From contig JAWKLB010000004.1 of NCBI GenBank assembly GCA_041392955.1, forward strand, positions 45,297 through 109,296: a stretch of 64,000 nucleotides of DNA. The letters run 5' to 3'. Shown here piece by piece: positions 28,924 through 39,372 of this stretch (the stretch's first letter is position 1; each line of letters opens with the position of its first letter). Below the pieces are notes generated by a model, which did no database searches, was not told the DNA's origin, and saw only the letters and a program-made list of their open reading frames with translations. Position numbers and translations under genes: made by a program. The DNA is from Chitinophagales bacterium (GTDB taxonomy: Bacteria; Bacteroidota; Bacteroidia; Chitinophagales; BACL12).

Positions 28924-31316
28924 TTAAAAATCGATCTTGTAATAAAACAAAGGTAAAAAGCCCAGCTGATATTCTTCCTGTACCGGATAAGCTGAAGGAT
29001 CCGTGGGATCCGGCGCATAAGTATATCCCAATACATTTTGTATGCCCAACACATTCACCAGGTCCAATGCAATTTCATGTGTCACATGCTTATTCTTTGC
29101 ATTGATGCGATAGGCAATGCGCAGATCGAGGCGGAAATAATCTTTTAAAGGAATGGTATTGGTCAGTGAATCAATATAGATCAGTTCCCGAGCAGCATTT
29201 GTAGCATCCACATCTACAGGTGTAGCCAGTTTCCCTCCGGCATAGGTAACCTTTGTGCTCAGGGTCAGGGCATCTTTATCCCGAATATCGAACTCATATC
29301 CCCCCAAAGCATTGGCGGCAAAACGCCCGTCAAAATCTGTTTTTCTTTCCACGCCATCACTGCCCACATACCTGGAATCATATAATGAACCGGTGAGCAG
29401 GAAAAAGTAATGATCGGCAAAATATTTTTCAATGGTCAGCTCAACACCATAATTTTTTCCGGTGCCTGTATTTTCCAACGGTCCCGGGAAGAAGCGGGAG
29501 AATCCACTTCCTTCATTGGCGAGTGAAAATGCAGAAGGTTCTATCTCTACCGGAATATCATACAGATATTGATAGTAAGTTTCAAATCCAATGCGCACAT
29601 TATTTCCCAATCTGTGGTCATAACCAATAACGGCCTGTGCACTGCGTAAAAATCCAACTCCCGCATTATATAAAGAAGCATAGTCAAATCCTGAAACCTG
29701 TACCGTGTACTGATAGCTGGGCAACTGCTGACTATGCAATCCAACTCCAGCATGTATACTACCGCCCGGACCGGTTTTCCAGATCAATCCGGCTCGCGGC
29801 TCCAGGGACTTGGATGCGGCGTTGAGCGTAAGCCATTGTGCATGCAAGCCGCCGGTGAGTGTAAGATCATCCGTCCATTTATATTTCCATTGAAAATAGG
29901 CTTGTAAAAAATAAGGTCCTCCCTGATAATCGTAGCGCCGATCAAATTGCCATGTGGAAAGATTCAAATTGGAATCAATATGGTTCCACATATATTTCTC
30001 CACGCTTGCACCTGTTTTAAAGCTGCTTCTGCTATTGACCTTTTTCTGCAATGCATAGATGAGTGAAACCTTTTGATCAAGATACCTATAACCCAGGTTC
30101 GGTACAATGGAGTCAATACTAAAATCAGTAGCACGATATACCAAAGCATGATCTGCATGATTTTCCTGCAGACAATAAGCGAGCGTAAAAGTGCCATTCG
30201 CTGTATTACTATATTGCCGGGCATAACTTGCTCCGGAGGCGATCATGGCCGTTCCGAAATATTGATCGCGGTCGCTGTCACCATATAATTCCGTTTCTTC
30301 TTTTGTGTACGTGCTCACCAATATATCGATATTGCTTTTCCCGCCTATCGCAAACACAGAATACACACCTTTTTTTTGCGGAAAGGTTAATTTGAAAGCA
30401 CCATCGAAATACTCGGGAACGGCTTTGGTGCCGATCGGGATATGCATAAACTGGAACAACTGCAGGGTGCTGTACCGGAAACTGGCCAGATAGCTGGCGT
30501 TGCTTGCAGCATGCAATGGTCCTTCTGCAAATAATTCCGTACCTAAAAATCCAAGCTGCGCAGAATATTCATGTCTGGTGTTATTTCCATTGCGCATATT
30601 GAGATCAAAAACTGCTGCAACACTGTTACCATATTCTGCAGGGAAAGCCCCGGTAAAAAAATCGGAATTCGATAAATATTTATTGTTGATGATACTCACC
30701 GGACCGCCGGTTGTTCCGGCTATCGCAAAGTGATTGGGATTCGGTATGTCCACACCTTCCAATCTCCATAAAACACCAATGGGAGAATTTCCTCTTACTA
30801 TGATATCATTGCGTGAATCATCAGCGCCCTGAACACCCGCAAAATTGCTTGCCATACGCGCAGGGTCTCCTCTGCTGCCGGCGTACTGTCTGTCTCTTCC
30901 ACTGAAAATTGCCGCACACTTACCGTAGCCATATCATTGATCACCTCCCCTTTTTCCTTTTGTGCGTTCACAACTACTTCTTCAAAATCTGCGATATTCT
31001 CTTCCATCTGTATCTGCAAGATCAATTCCTTTCCCGCGGTAAGGATCAAACTGTGCATATATTGATCGCCGTAACCGATATAGGTCACTTTGACATCTAT
31101 TCTGCCGACAGGAATTTCTTCCATGCGAAATTTTCCATTTTCATCGGTAACATCACCGCCGATCATATTGGAATCTATATATATCAGTACGGTCGCGCCG
31201 GGAAGTGTGGCTTTAGAATCCTTGTCGGTGATCACACCGCGCACTGTTTGCGTTGCATTCTGAGTAAGCGCCTGCACGGAAAAACACAAACAGAGCAAAA
31301 AGGAGCATGCTTTCAT
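28924..31316 (-). pseudogene. TonB-dependent receptor (CarboxypepD_reg N-terminal domain), split by one frameshift
   Basis: ORF 30798..31424 carries the signal MKACSFLLCLCFSVQALTQ from the ATG at 31316, then TVRGVITDKDSKATLPGATVLIY. ORF 28924..30855 carries plug and barrel and ends in ...FYYKIDF. The frames join as FSVEETD(R)YAGSRGDPARMASNFAGV if one base is restored near 30886. Confidence 0.85.
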
Positions 31317-31420
31317 ACCATAGGTTTGAACGAAGGTACTTATTCCGTTGCATTCGCGACCGGCGATAAGTACAAAAAAAAAGCGGACCGAAGTCCGCTT
31401 GATATCTTCAAAGCCTGTGA

Positions 31421-31986
31421 TCACATATGATCCATAGGCATTGCATGCATCAATGCATCACAAGTAGTTGTGCAAGCTGCGCTCATTCCTGTAAGTGCCT
31501 CATTCCAACCGGCAACTTTTTCGTTCCATTCGGTCAGTTTGGGTGTCCAGGTGTTTGCAAGTTCAGCAGCAAAATCGGCATCTGCCATTTTATCTTCCTG
31601 AGCTTTTTTCTTCCAATCCTGATAAGCAGCAGTTTCTGTATGCCATGTTTCCATGTCGCTGTTGTACGTAGATTTCATAGCATCCATTTGTGCTTTGATG
31701 GTATTGCACATGGTCATCAATGAATCGCAATGTGCTTTTTCAGCTGCGCTCATTTTCATGCCGGACATGTCCATGTTCATTTCAGAATCCATCATTTTAT
31801 TCATATCGGCGAAAGTAGAATTCATGGTATTACCGAAATTCATGACTGCTTCTTCTGAGATTTCCATCCGGTTTCAAATGTGGTCATGGCTGTTTTCGTT
31901 TCCTCGCTGAGGCCGCCTTTTTTGCCGCAGGAAGAAATAAAAAATGGGGTGGCAATTGCAAAGAATGCAATAATTCCTTTTTTCAT
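31421..31986 (-). CDS. Methionine-rich putative lipoprotein (two overlapping ORFs, probably one gene with a frameshift)
   Basis: ORF 31840..32034 gives the lipoprotein signal MKKGIIAFFAIATPFFISSCGKK from the ATG at 31986. ORF 31421..31867 encodes 148 aa with 22 Met (MNMDMSGMKMS, ALMHAMPMDHM). The two frames overlap by 28 nt and could be joined by one extra A at the run 31861-31863. Confidence 0.5.
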
Positions 31987-32092
31987 AATGCTTTGGATTT
32001 TGGTTACGGTTAGATGAAAGATTTGAAGGGGCAAAGGTATAGTGCTTTGTCCGAAATATTGTTAACTATTGCTAAACAAACTTTTGCCGGTA

Positions 32093-34696
32093 TCAGTTCA
32101 GATTCCGGAGTGATTCCTCCAGAATGCGGATCTTTTCCTCTGCATCGGTTTTTTTGCGTCTTTCGGTCTCTACCACCTGCTCCGGCGCCGACTGCACGAA
32201 CTTCTCGTTGCTGAGTTTCTTGTCCACGCTCACTAAAAAGCCCTTCAGATAGTCGATCTGTTCGGTGAACTTCCTGCGTTCGGCATCTACATCCAACTCC
32301 CGGGCAACCAGCAGCCAGCATTTGGTATTGCCGGCGAGGAAGGCAATGGCATCGCCCACTTCTTCATGGGTGGTCCGTATCTCCGTCAAATTGGCCAGTT
32401 TGCGTATAGATTCCCGGAAGTCGATCAACACGTTAGCATCCCCCTGCAGGAATAAGGGCGCAGCCTCTTTCGGACTGATATTATTCCGTGCTCTGGCATC
32501 GCGCACTTTGCTGATCACTTCCTTGGCAAGTTCGCCTTCTTCCAAAATGGCCATATCCACCGCTGCGGTCGCAGGCCATGCCGACACGATCAGATCGGTT
32601 TCACGCCCGGCGATCAGATGATAAATCTCTTCTGTGATAAAGGGCATGAAAGGATGCAAAAGCGCGAGTGCTTTATCGAATATTTCAATTGTCTTTTGAT
32701 AGGTAGCCCGGTCGATAGCCCCACCGAAGGGTGGCTTTACAAATTCCAGATACCAGCTGCAGAAATCATCCCACACAAATCCGTACAATGCCATAAGCGC
32801 ATCGTTTATGCGGAATGCATCAAAATGCGCATCCACCTGTGCGATCACCGCATTGCATTTTGCTTCCATCCATCGAATGGCAGCATCATGTACATTACTT
32901 TTTTCCTCCGTTACCTCCCAACCCTGGATCAGGCGGGCGGCATTCCAGATCTTATTGCTGAAATTACGTCCCTGCTCCACCAGCTTATCGTCGTAAATGA
33001 TATCGTTGCCGGCAGGCGAACACAAAAGAATGCCCATGCGCACACCGTCGGCGCCATATTTTTCGATGAGTTCCAGAGGTTCCGGCGAATTCCCGAGGCT
33101 CTTACTCATCTTTCTGCGTTGCTTGTCGCGAACGATACCTGTCAGGTAAACATCATTGAATGGCTTTTCGCCGGTATATTCATATCCGGCAATGATCATC
33201 CTGGCCACCCAGAAAAACAGTATCTCAGGAGCAGTAACCAGTGTATTTGTGGGATAGTAGTAATCTATATCCTTTTTATTCTCTCCAAAGCCATGAAAAA
33301 CACTGATCGGCCATAACCAGCTGCTCGCCCAGGTATCCAGCACGTCCTCATCCTGTTTCAGGTCTTCACTGCGATAATTTTTTCCTTGCGCAGTAAATTT
33401 CGCCACGGCATCTTCCGCAGTTTTGGCTACAACAAAGGAACCGTCGGCATCATACCATGCCGGGATGCGATGCCCCCACCACAACTGTCTGGAAATACAC
33501 CAGTCTCTTACATTCTGCATCCAGTGGCGATAGGTATTGATGAATTTGGCCGGATGCAAGTGCACATCACCGTTCTCCACTGCTTCCAAAGCAGGTTTTG
33601 CCAACTCCGGCATATTGAGGAACCACTGCATGCTCAGGCGGGGTTCTACTACGGCATCCGTTCTTTCGCTGTAACCGACACTGTTATTCAGATCTTCCAC
33701 CTTTACGAGCATGCCTTTCTCCTCCAGCATGGCAACGATCTTTTTTCGCGCCGCGAAACGATCTTCACCAACCAGCATGCCCGCAGCTTCTACCAAAATG
33801 CCTCCATCATCCATGATATTGATGACCTCGAGTTTGTGCTTCTGGCCCAACTCGTAGTCGTTCACATCATGCGCAGGCGTAACTTTCAATGCGCCGGTTC
33901 CGAAGGACGATTCCACATAAGCATCTGCTATAATGGGTATGGCCCGATCCAGCAATGGGACGCGTGCTGTCTTTCCAACAAATGCCGTATATCTCGGATC
34001 ATCCGGATGAACACAAATAGCCGTATCGCCAAGAATGGTTTCCGGGCGCGTGGTGGCAATGGTTATCCCTTCAGACATGCCGTCTACAGCATAGCGCACG
34101 TAATAGAGTTTGGACACCACATCCTTATAGATCACCTCTTCATTACTCAATGCTGTTTTTGCAGCAGGATCCCAGTTGATCATACGCAACCCTCTGTAAA
34201 TGTGGCCTTTATCATACAGATCGATGAATACATTGATGACATCATCATAGTATTCCGGATCCATGGTGAAATGCAAACGGTCCCAGTCGCAGCTGCAGCC
34301 CAGTTTTTTCAACTGTTCTATAATGATTCCGCCGTACTTCTGTTTCCATTCCCAGGCATAGGTCATGAATGCATCGCGGCTGAGATCTGCTTTGCGTATT
34401 CCCCTCTCTCTCAGCATTTTAACAACCTTTGCCTCCGTTGCTATAGAAGCATGGTCGGTTCCCGGCACCCAGCAGGCGTTTTTATTTTGCATGCGGGCAC
34501 GGCGAATGAGCACATCCGGTATGGTGTTGTTGAGCACATGGCCCATATGGAGTACCCCGGTCACATTTGGCGGCGGGATGACTATGGTATACGGCTCCCT
34601 GTTGTCCGGCTCAGAATGAAAATATTTCTTTGCCATCCAGTGCGCATACCACTTATCCTCTACTGCCTGCGGGCTAAAAGTCTTCGAGATCTCCAT
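32093..34696 (-). CDS. valS: Valine--tRNA ligase
   Basis: 867 aa. Class I HIGH-type motif PPPNVTGVLHMGHVLN, KMSKS motif, and a C-terminal coiled coil. Confidence 0.98.
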   Translation of the reverse strand: MEISKTFSPQAVEDKWYAHWMAKKYFHSEPDNREPYTIVIPPPNVTGVLHMGHVLNNTIPDVLIRRARMQNKNACWVPGTDHASIATEAKVVKMLRERGIRKADLSRDAFMTYAWEWKQKYGGIIIEQLKKLGCSCDWDRLHFTMDPEYYDDVINVFIDLYDKGHIYRGLRMINWDPAAKTALSNEEVIYKDVVSKLYYVRYAVDGMSEGITIATTRPETILGDTAICVHPDDPRYTAFVGKTARVPLLDRAIPIIADAYVESSFGTGALKVTPAHDVNDYELGQKHKLEVINIMDDGGILVEAAGMLVGEDRFAARKKIVAMLEEKGMLVKVEDLNNSVGYSERTDAVVEPRLSMQWFLNMPELAKPALEAVENGDVHLHPAKFINTYRHWMQNVRDWCISRQLWWGHRIPAWYDADGSFVVAKTAEDAVAKFTAQGKNYRSEDLKQDEDVLDTWASSWLWPISVFHGFGENKKDIDYYYPTNTLVTAPEILFFWVARMIIAGYEYTGEKPFNDVYLTGIVRDKQRRKMSKSLGNSPEPLELIEKYGADGVRMGILLCSPAGNDIIYDDKLVEQGRNFSNKIWNAARLIQGWEVTEEKSNVHDAAIRWMEAKCNAVIAQVDAHFDAFRINDALMALYGFVWDDFCSWYLEFVKPPFGGAIDRATYQKTIEIFDKALALLHPFMPFITEEIYHLIAGRETDLIVSAWPATAAVDMAILEEGELAKEVISKVRDARARNNISPKEAAPLFLQGDANVLIDFRESIRKLANLTEIRTTHEEVGDAIAFLAGNTKCWLLVARELDVDAERRKFTEQIDYLKGFLVSVDKKLSNEKFVQSAPEQVVETERRKKTDAEEKIRILEESLRNLN

Positions 34697-34886
34697 GGGT
34701 GCAAAATTATGTGTTCGGACGCGTACCTGCCAATCTGACGTCTGTGCACCATTTGTGCAGAAGAGTGGTCACTTTAAGAAATATTAACGCATATCTTGCT
34801 GAACCTTATAGGTAAATTCGCCGTTTGCACAATATATTAGACGTTTCTTAAGTTAAATCCGCTTATTTAGCGTAATTTCAAGCGTT

Positions 34887-35126
34887 ATGAAAGATACAGC
34901 AAAATCGAAGGGTAACACAGGTAAAAAAGTGGGAAGGCCGGCTGTTAGAGAGCCGAGGCTAATTGATGGTATTTACATTATGGTAAAGAACAAGGGTTCC
35001 GACGAAAAAGGCATCAAGATCCGTTGTGCGGATGAGCGTGAGTTGGAGATCATGGTGGAGCGTTATCGCCATACCAAGGATATCACCTTATTGGGTGAGT
35101 ACCGGAACAATGTTAAGGTGGCGTAA
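34887..35126 (+). CDS. Hypothetical small protein (79 aa, basic N-terminus)
   Basis: ORF only. It occupies an otherwise empty gap between divergent genes. No family recognised. Confidence 0.35.
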   Translation: MKDTAKSKGNTGKKVGRPAVREPRLIDGIYIMVKNKGSDEKGIKIRCADERELEIMVERYRHTKDITLLGEYRNNVKVA

Positions 35127-35212
35127 TACCGCCACTTCAATTTAGCATCCCCTAACTATTCTACAGGCATGCGCATGCGGCGTCCGGTTGTGTGCGTATC
35201 TTTACAGGACAT

Positions 35213-36418
35213 ATGTTACCAAAGAAAGTCGGCATCATCAGGGAAGCCAAATTTCCTCCCGATGCCCGCGTGCCGCTCGTTCCGTCGCAGTTAGCCCAGT
35301 TACAGGACCGGTTTCCGGATATTCGCTTTGTGGTGCAACCGAGCCATGGTCGCTGCTATTCCGATCATGAGTTCACGAATGCCGGCATTGCGTTACAGGA
35401 AGATCTGCGCGATTGTGATATCCTTTTTGGGGTGAAGGAAGTGCCTTACGATCTCCTGTTATCTGAAAAGACCTATTTTTTCTTTTCTCATACTATAAAA
35501 AAGCAGCCCCACAACAAAAAATTGCTGCAGAACCTGCTCGCGAAGCAGATCACCATGGTCGACTATGAATGTCTGAAAGATGTCAAAGGCAACCGGGTTA
35601 TCGCATTTGGCAGATGGGCGGGGATCATTGGTGCGCACAATGCCATCTGGACCCTGGGCATGCGCATAGGAGAAAGCCATCTGAAACGAGCGCGCGACTG
35701 CCGCGATTACCATGCGTTGAAGGAGCAATACCGCGGACTGCGATTCCCATCCGTAAAGATCATTATCACAGGCACCGGTCGCGTTGCCAAAGGTGCCGTG
35801 GAGTTTTTACAGGAAGTGGGCATTGCGCAGATCACACCGGAGGCTTTTATAACATATGCAGGCGCCGATCCTGCTTTTTGTGTGCTCGACAGCGATGCAT
35901 TGTATGACCGTATAAGTGATGGCGGTTTCGACAGGGAAGAATTCCATCGCACACCGGAAAAATATAAAAGCGCCTTTTTACAATATGCTCCCTATTGTGA
36001 TGTACTGATCAACTGTATTTTCTGGAGTCCAAAGGCGCCACAATTATTTTCAAAAGAAGATATGCGCACCGCTGATTGGAGAATAAAAACAATTGCAGAC
36101 GTAAGTTGTGATGTGAACGGCGGGATCCCTGCCACTATACGATCAACTACGATCAATGAACCGGTGTACGGTTATGATGTGATCACCGAATCAGAGATCG
36201 CGCCTTATATTCCGGAATCCATTGATATCATGGCCATTGATAATTTACCGAATGAATTGCCGCGCAGTGCAAGTGAGGAATTCGGCAATTTATTGATGCA
36301 CACCATCTGGCCTGAATTAATGCAGGAACACAGCGATATGCTGGATCACGCTACGATATGTAAAAAAGGGAAGTTGGGACAGGATTTTCAATATTTGACG
36401 GACTACGCCGCACAGTGA
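35213..36418 (+). CDS. Saccharopine dehydrogenase-like / AlaDH-PNT family NAD(P)-dependent oxidoreductase
   Basis: KVGIIREAKFPPDARVPLVPSQ...ILFGVKEVP...YFFFSHTIKKQPHNKKLL and a Rossmann segment IIITGTGRVAKGAVEFL. The ATG at 35213 is preferred as start. Confidence 0.6.
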   Translation: MLPKKVGIIREAKFPPDARVPLVPSQLAQLQDRFPDIRFVVQPSHGRCYSDHEFTNAGIALQEDLRDCDILFGVKEVPYDLLLSEKTYFFFSHTIKKQPHNKKLLQNLLAKQITMVDYECLKDVKGNRVIAFGRWAGIIGAHNAIWTLGMRIGESHLKRARDCRDYHALKEQYRGLRFPSVKIIITGTGRVAKGAVEFLQEVGIAQITPEAFITYAGADPAFCVLDSDALYDRISDGGFDREEFHRTPEKYKSAFLQYAPYCDVLINCIFWSPKAPQLFSKEDMRTADWRIKTIADVSCDVNGGIPATIRSTTINEPVYGYDVITESEIAPYIPESIDIMAIDNLPNELPRSASEEFGNLLMHTIWPELMQEHSDMLDHATICKKGKLGQDFQYLTDYAAQ

Positions 36419-37021
36419 TCACATTTTTTCTCTGTGCTCTTTTAATATTTCGAAGAGCAGGTCCCGCGCGCGGAACAAGGTTGCTTTAACGGTTCCCAAC
36501 GGCAGATTTTGCTTTTCAGCAATTTCCTCATAGGATAATTCATCAAAATATCTCAATTCAACCAGCGTGCGGTATTTGGGACTGAGTTCCTGCAAAATGG
36601 TGCGCAATAAGGCCGCGCGTTGGTCTTTGATAAATATCTCCTCGGGATCGGGTGCATTGTTTACCATGTTGGAAGATACGATCTGTGTAAACGCATCCTG
36701 CTGATCATCCAGACTCAGTGTCTGCACTTTTTTCTTGCGTATGAAGTCGATGGCATTATTACTTGCGATCTTGAAGAGCCAGGTAGAAAAAGCGTAATCG
36801 GGGGTGTATTTATCTAGATGCAGGAATGCTTTGCCAAATGCTTCGATGGCAAGATCCTCGGCATCATCGCGGTTGTGGACCATCTTCAGTAGCATGTAAT
36901 GAATAGAATCCCGGTAACGCACCATGAGTTCTGTAAATGCCGACTGATCGCCGGAGCGCGCACGTTCCACCAGATCCAGATCTTCCTTCGCCCGATCGGA
37001 AAGATTGGCGTTCAATTCCAT
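36419..37021 (-). CDS. RNA polymerase sigma-70 family (ECF-type) sigma factor
   Basis: Region 2 (AEDLAIEAFGKAFLHLDKY...STWLFKIASNNAIDFIRKK) and region 4 (YRTLVELRYFDELSYEEIAEKQNLPLGTVKATLFRAR). Confidence 0.88.
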   Translation of the reverse strand: MELNANLSDRAKEDLDLVERARSGDQSAFTELMVRYRDSIHYMLLKMVHNRDDAEDLAIEAFGKAFLHLDKYTPDYAFSTWLFKIASNNAIDFIRKKKVQTLSLDDQQDAFTQIVSSNMVNNAPDPEEIFIKDQRAALLRTILQELSPKYRTLVELRYFDELSYEEIAEKQNLPLGTVKATLFRARDLLFEILKEHREKM

Positions 37022-38130
37022 CTGTATTTTGTTTTTACCATGGCAGCTTTTGCGAAGCGGAAATAATAGAACAGCTGCAAGATATCGAACAATTCAATAT
37101 AAGGTATCAGATCTTCTGCATCGAGTTTGCGCATGGCAGCCGCCTGTATCAAACGCTGCGTGATCCAACGCAACACAAATGCAGCCGCGATCACATACCA
37201 AAGCGGAAACAGCACGGCAAATAAAAAGAAGCCACTAATCCAGAATAATATATGCGATAAGGGCATCAGTCCGAGCCAGCATTTATGCACGAATTTATAA
37301 TATCTGGCCGTAGACAAATGACGTGTTTTTTGTTCTATCCACTCCTCTTTTGTTTCCTTTGGTTCAGAATAGGTAAAAGCAAGCGGGTCGATCTCAATGC
37401 GCGTATTTCTTTTTCTCGCCACTTTATTAATGAACAGATCATCATCGCCGGATGGCAGTTCCCGGTGCTCAAAAAATCCACCGTGATCAAAGAAGAGGCG
37501 TTTTTTATAGGATAGATTTCTTCCCACACCCATATAGGGTACGCGCGCCAGCGCAAAAGAAAAATATTGCAAGGCCGAGCTGAAGGTCTCAAAGCGTATC
37601 TTTTTATTTAAAAATCCGCTGCGTTTTTCATAGGCGCCATAACCCAGAACGATCTCCGCATCATCAGTATATCGCTGCACCATACGTTTCAGCCATTGAT
37701 CGCTCGCCGGATAACAATCTGCATCGGTCAATACTACAATATCGTGAGCCGCAGCTTTTAAACCCAGTGTAAGCGGAAATTTTTTACCCGCCATCATGGG
37801 CCTGGTATTTCCGGTTTTAGTGCGTTTTAGTCTGGGTTCTTTTTGTGCGAGAAAGAACAAATATTCAGTAGTACCATCTTCTGAATTATCATCCACCAGG
37901 ATCACTTCAAAATCGGGATAATCCTGAGAAAAAATAGCGGGAAGATTTTTTTTCAGATTCGCATCCTCATTGCGGGCACAAATAATGATGCTCACAGGAG
38001 GAAGGCTTCCTGTATTTCCTTTCACAGGTTTATATATGGCAAGACGCAGGTGAAAAAAGAGGAGATAAAAAAATTGAATGCACGCTGCCGCGCAAAAAAT
38101 ATAAAAGACCACTACGTATATGTTTTCCAT
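37012..38130 (-). CDS. Family 2 glycosyltransferase, membrane-anchored
   Basis: PPVSIIICARNEDANLKKNLPAIFSQDYPDFEVILVDDNSEDGT, an internal DAD motif and C-terminal helices. The ATG at 38130 is preferred. Confidence 0.8.
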   Translation of the reverse strand: MENIYVVVFYIFCAAACIQFFYLLFFHLRLAIYKPVKGNTGSLPPVSIIICARNEDANLKKNLPAIFSQDYPDFEVILVDDNSEDGTTEYLFFLAQKEPRLKRTKTGNTRPMMAGKKFPLTLGLKAAAHDIVVLTDADCYPASDQWLKRMVQRYTDDAEIVLGYGAYEKRSGFLNKKIRFETFSSALQYFSFALARVPYMGVGRNLSYKKRLFFDHGGFFEHRELPSGDDDLFINKVARKRNTRIEIDPLAFTYSEPKETKEEWIEQKTRHLSTARYYKFVHKCWLGLMPLSHILFWISGFFLFAVLFPLWYVIAAAFVLRWITQRLIQAAAMRKLDAEDLIPYIELFDILQLFYYFRFAKAAMVKTKYRWN

Positions 38131-38214
38131 ACCACAACTTCTGCGCAGCAAAGTTAGCAGTTAGAAAAAGCAAGCAGGGCGCATGCTTCACGGTATCCGT
38201 CATATATACACACC

Positions 38215-39372
38215 ATGTCCACAATTATCTATTTTTGCTCCGTGTTTTTCCGCTTAGAGGCAAACGATACAGGCAGTAAGGCAAGAGCAGGTGTTCTGCA
38301 AACGGCGCATGGCACGATACACACCCCTATTTTCATGCCCGTTGGTACAGCCGGAACGGTAAAGGCCGTACATTTTCAGGAATTAAAGAAGGACATTTCA
38401 GCCGAGATCATTCTCAGCAATACTTACCATTTATATCTGCGCCCCGGGACCACATTACTGGAGCAGGCGGGTGGCATCCATGCATTCACCGGATGGGACA
38501 GGCCTTTGCTCACCGACAGCGGTGGGTTTCAGGTGCATTCACTTGCACATATCCGCAAGATCAAAGAAGAAGGTGTGACCTTCCGTTCGCATATTGACGG
38601 AAGCAAGCATTTTTTCTCGCCCGAAAATGTGATGGATATTCAGCGCAAGATCGGGGCAGACATCATCATGGCATTTGACGAATGCACCTCTTATCCCTGC
38701 GAGCGCCGCTATGCGAAAAAGAGTATGGAAATGACACATCGATGGCTGGACAGATGCATCACCCAATTCCGGGGCACAGATCCCAAATATGGATATGAGC
38801 AATTCCTATTCCCTATCGTACAGGGAAGCGTGTACAGCGATCTGCGCAAAATATCTGCCGAATACATTGCGTCGCGTGCCTTGCCCGGAAATGCGATCGG
38901 TGGTTTGAGCGTGGGTGAACCTGCAGAAGAAATGTACGCCATGACCGAAGAAGTATGCGCAATACTTCCCGAAGACAAGCCGCGTTATTTAATGGGCGTG
39001 GGCACACCGGCAAATATTCTGGAATGTATCTCCCTGGGTATTGACATGTTCGATTGTGTCATGCCCACGCGGAATGCGCGCAATGGCATGCTGTTCACCG
39101 CAGATGGTATCATCAATATCCGCAATAAAAAATGGGAGAACGACCTCTCTCCCATTGATATACATTCACTGGCAGAAACCGGCCGCACCCATTCCAAGGC
39201 TTATTTGCGGCATTTATTTGTGAGCGGCGAGATCCTTGGCCCGCAAATTGCCAGTATACATAACCTGCAATTTTATTTATGGTTAGTGCACACGGCAAGA
39301 GAACATATTATACAGGGTGATTTTGCCGAATGGAAAAAGAACATGGTCAAAAAGGTAAGTACCCGTTTGTGA
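38215..39372 (+). CDS. tgt: tRNA guanosine(34) transglycosylase (queuine tRNA-ribosyltransferase)
   Basis: ARAGVLQTAHGTIHTPIFMPVGTAGTVKAV, LTDSGGFQV, and a zinc-site region near the C-terminus. Size is 385 aa. Confidence 0.95.
   Translation: MSTIIYFCSVFFRLEANDTGSKARAGVLQTAHGTIHTPIFMPVGTAGTVKAVHFQELKKDISAEIILSNTYHLYLRPGTTLLEQAGGIHAFTGWDRPLLTDSGGFQVHSLAHIRKIKEEGVTFRSHIDGSKHFFSPENVMDIQRKIGADIIMAFDECTSYPCERRYAKKSMEMTHRWLDRCITQFRGTDPKYGYEQFLFPIVQGSVYSDLRKISAEYIASRALPGNAIGGLSVGEPAEEMYAMTEEVCAILPEDKPRYLMGVGTPANILECISLGIDMFDCVMPTRNARNGMLFTADGIINIRNKKWENDLSPIDIHSLAETGRTHSKAYLRHLFVSGEILGPQIASIHNLQFYLWLVHTAREHIIQGDFAEWKKNMVKKVSTRL

Noticed and set aside
33386-34738. A 450-aa plus-strand ORF, the longest unexplained ORF in the track
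   Set aside because: It lies entirely antisense to valS, whose identity is unambiguous (HIGH and KMSKS motifs, 867 aa). Its translation is low-complexity and Cys/His/Ile-rich with no recognisable motif, so it is a shadow ORF.
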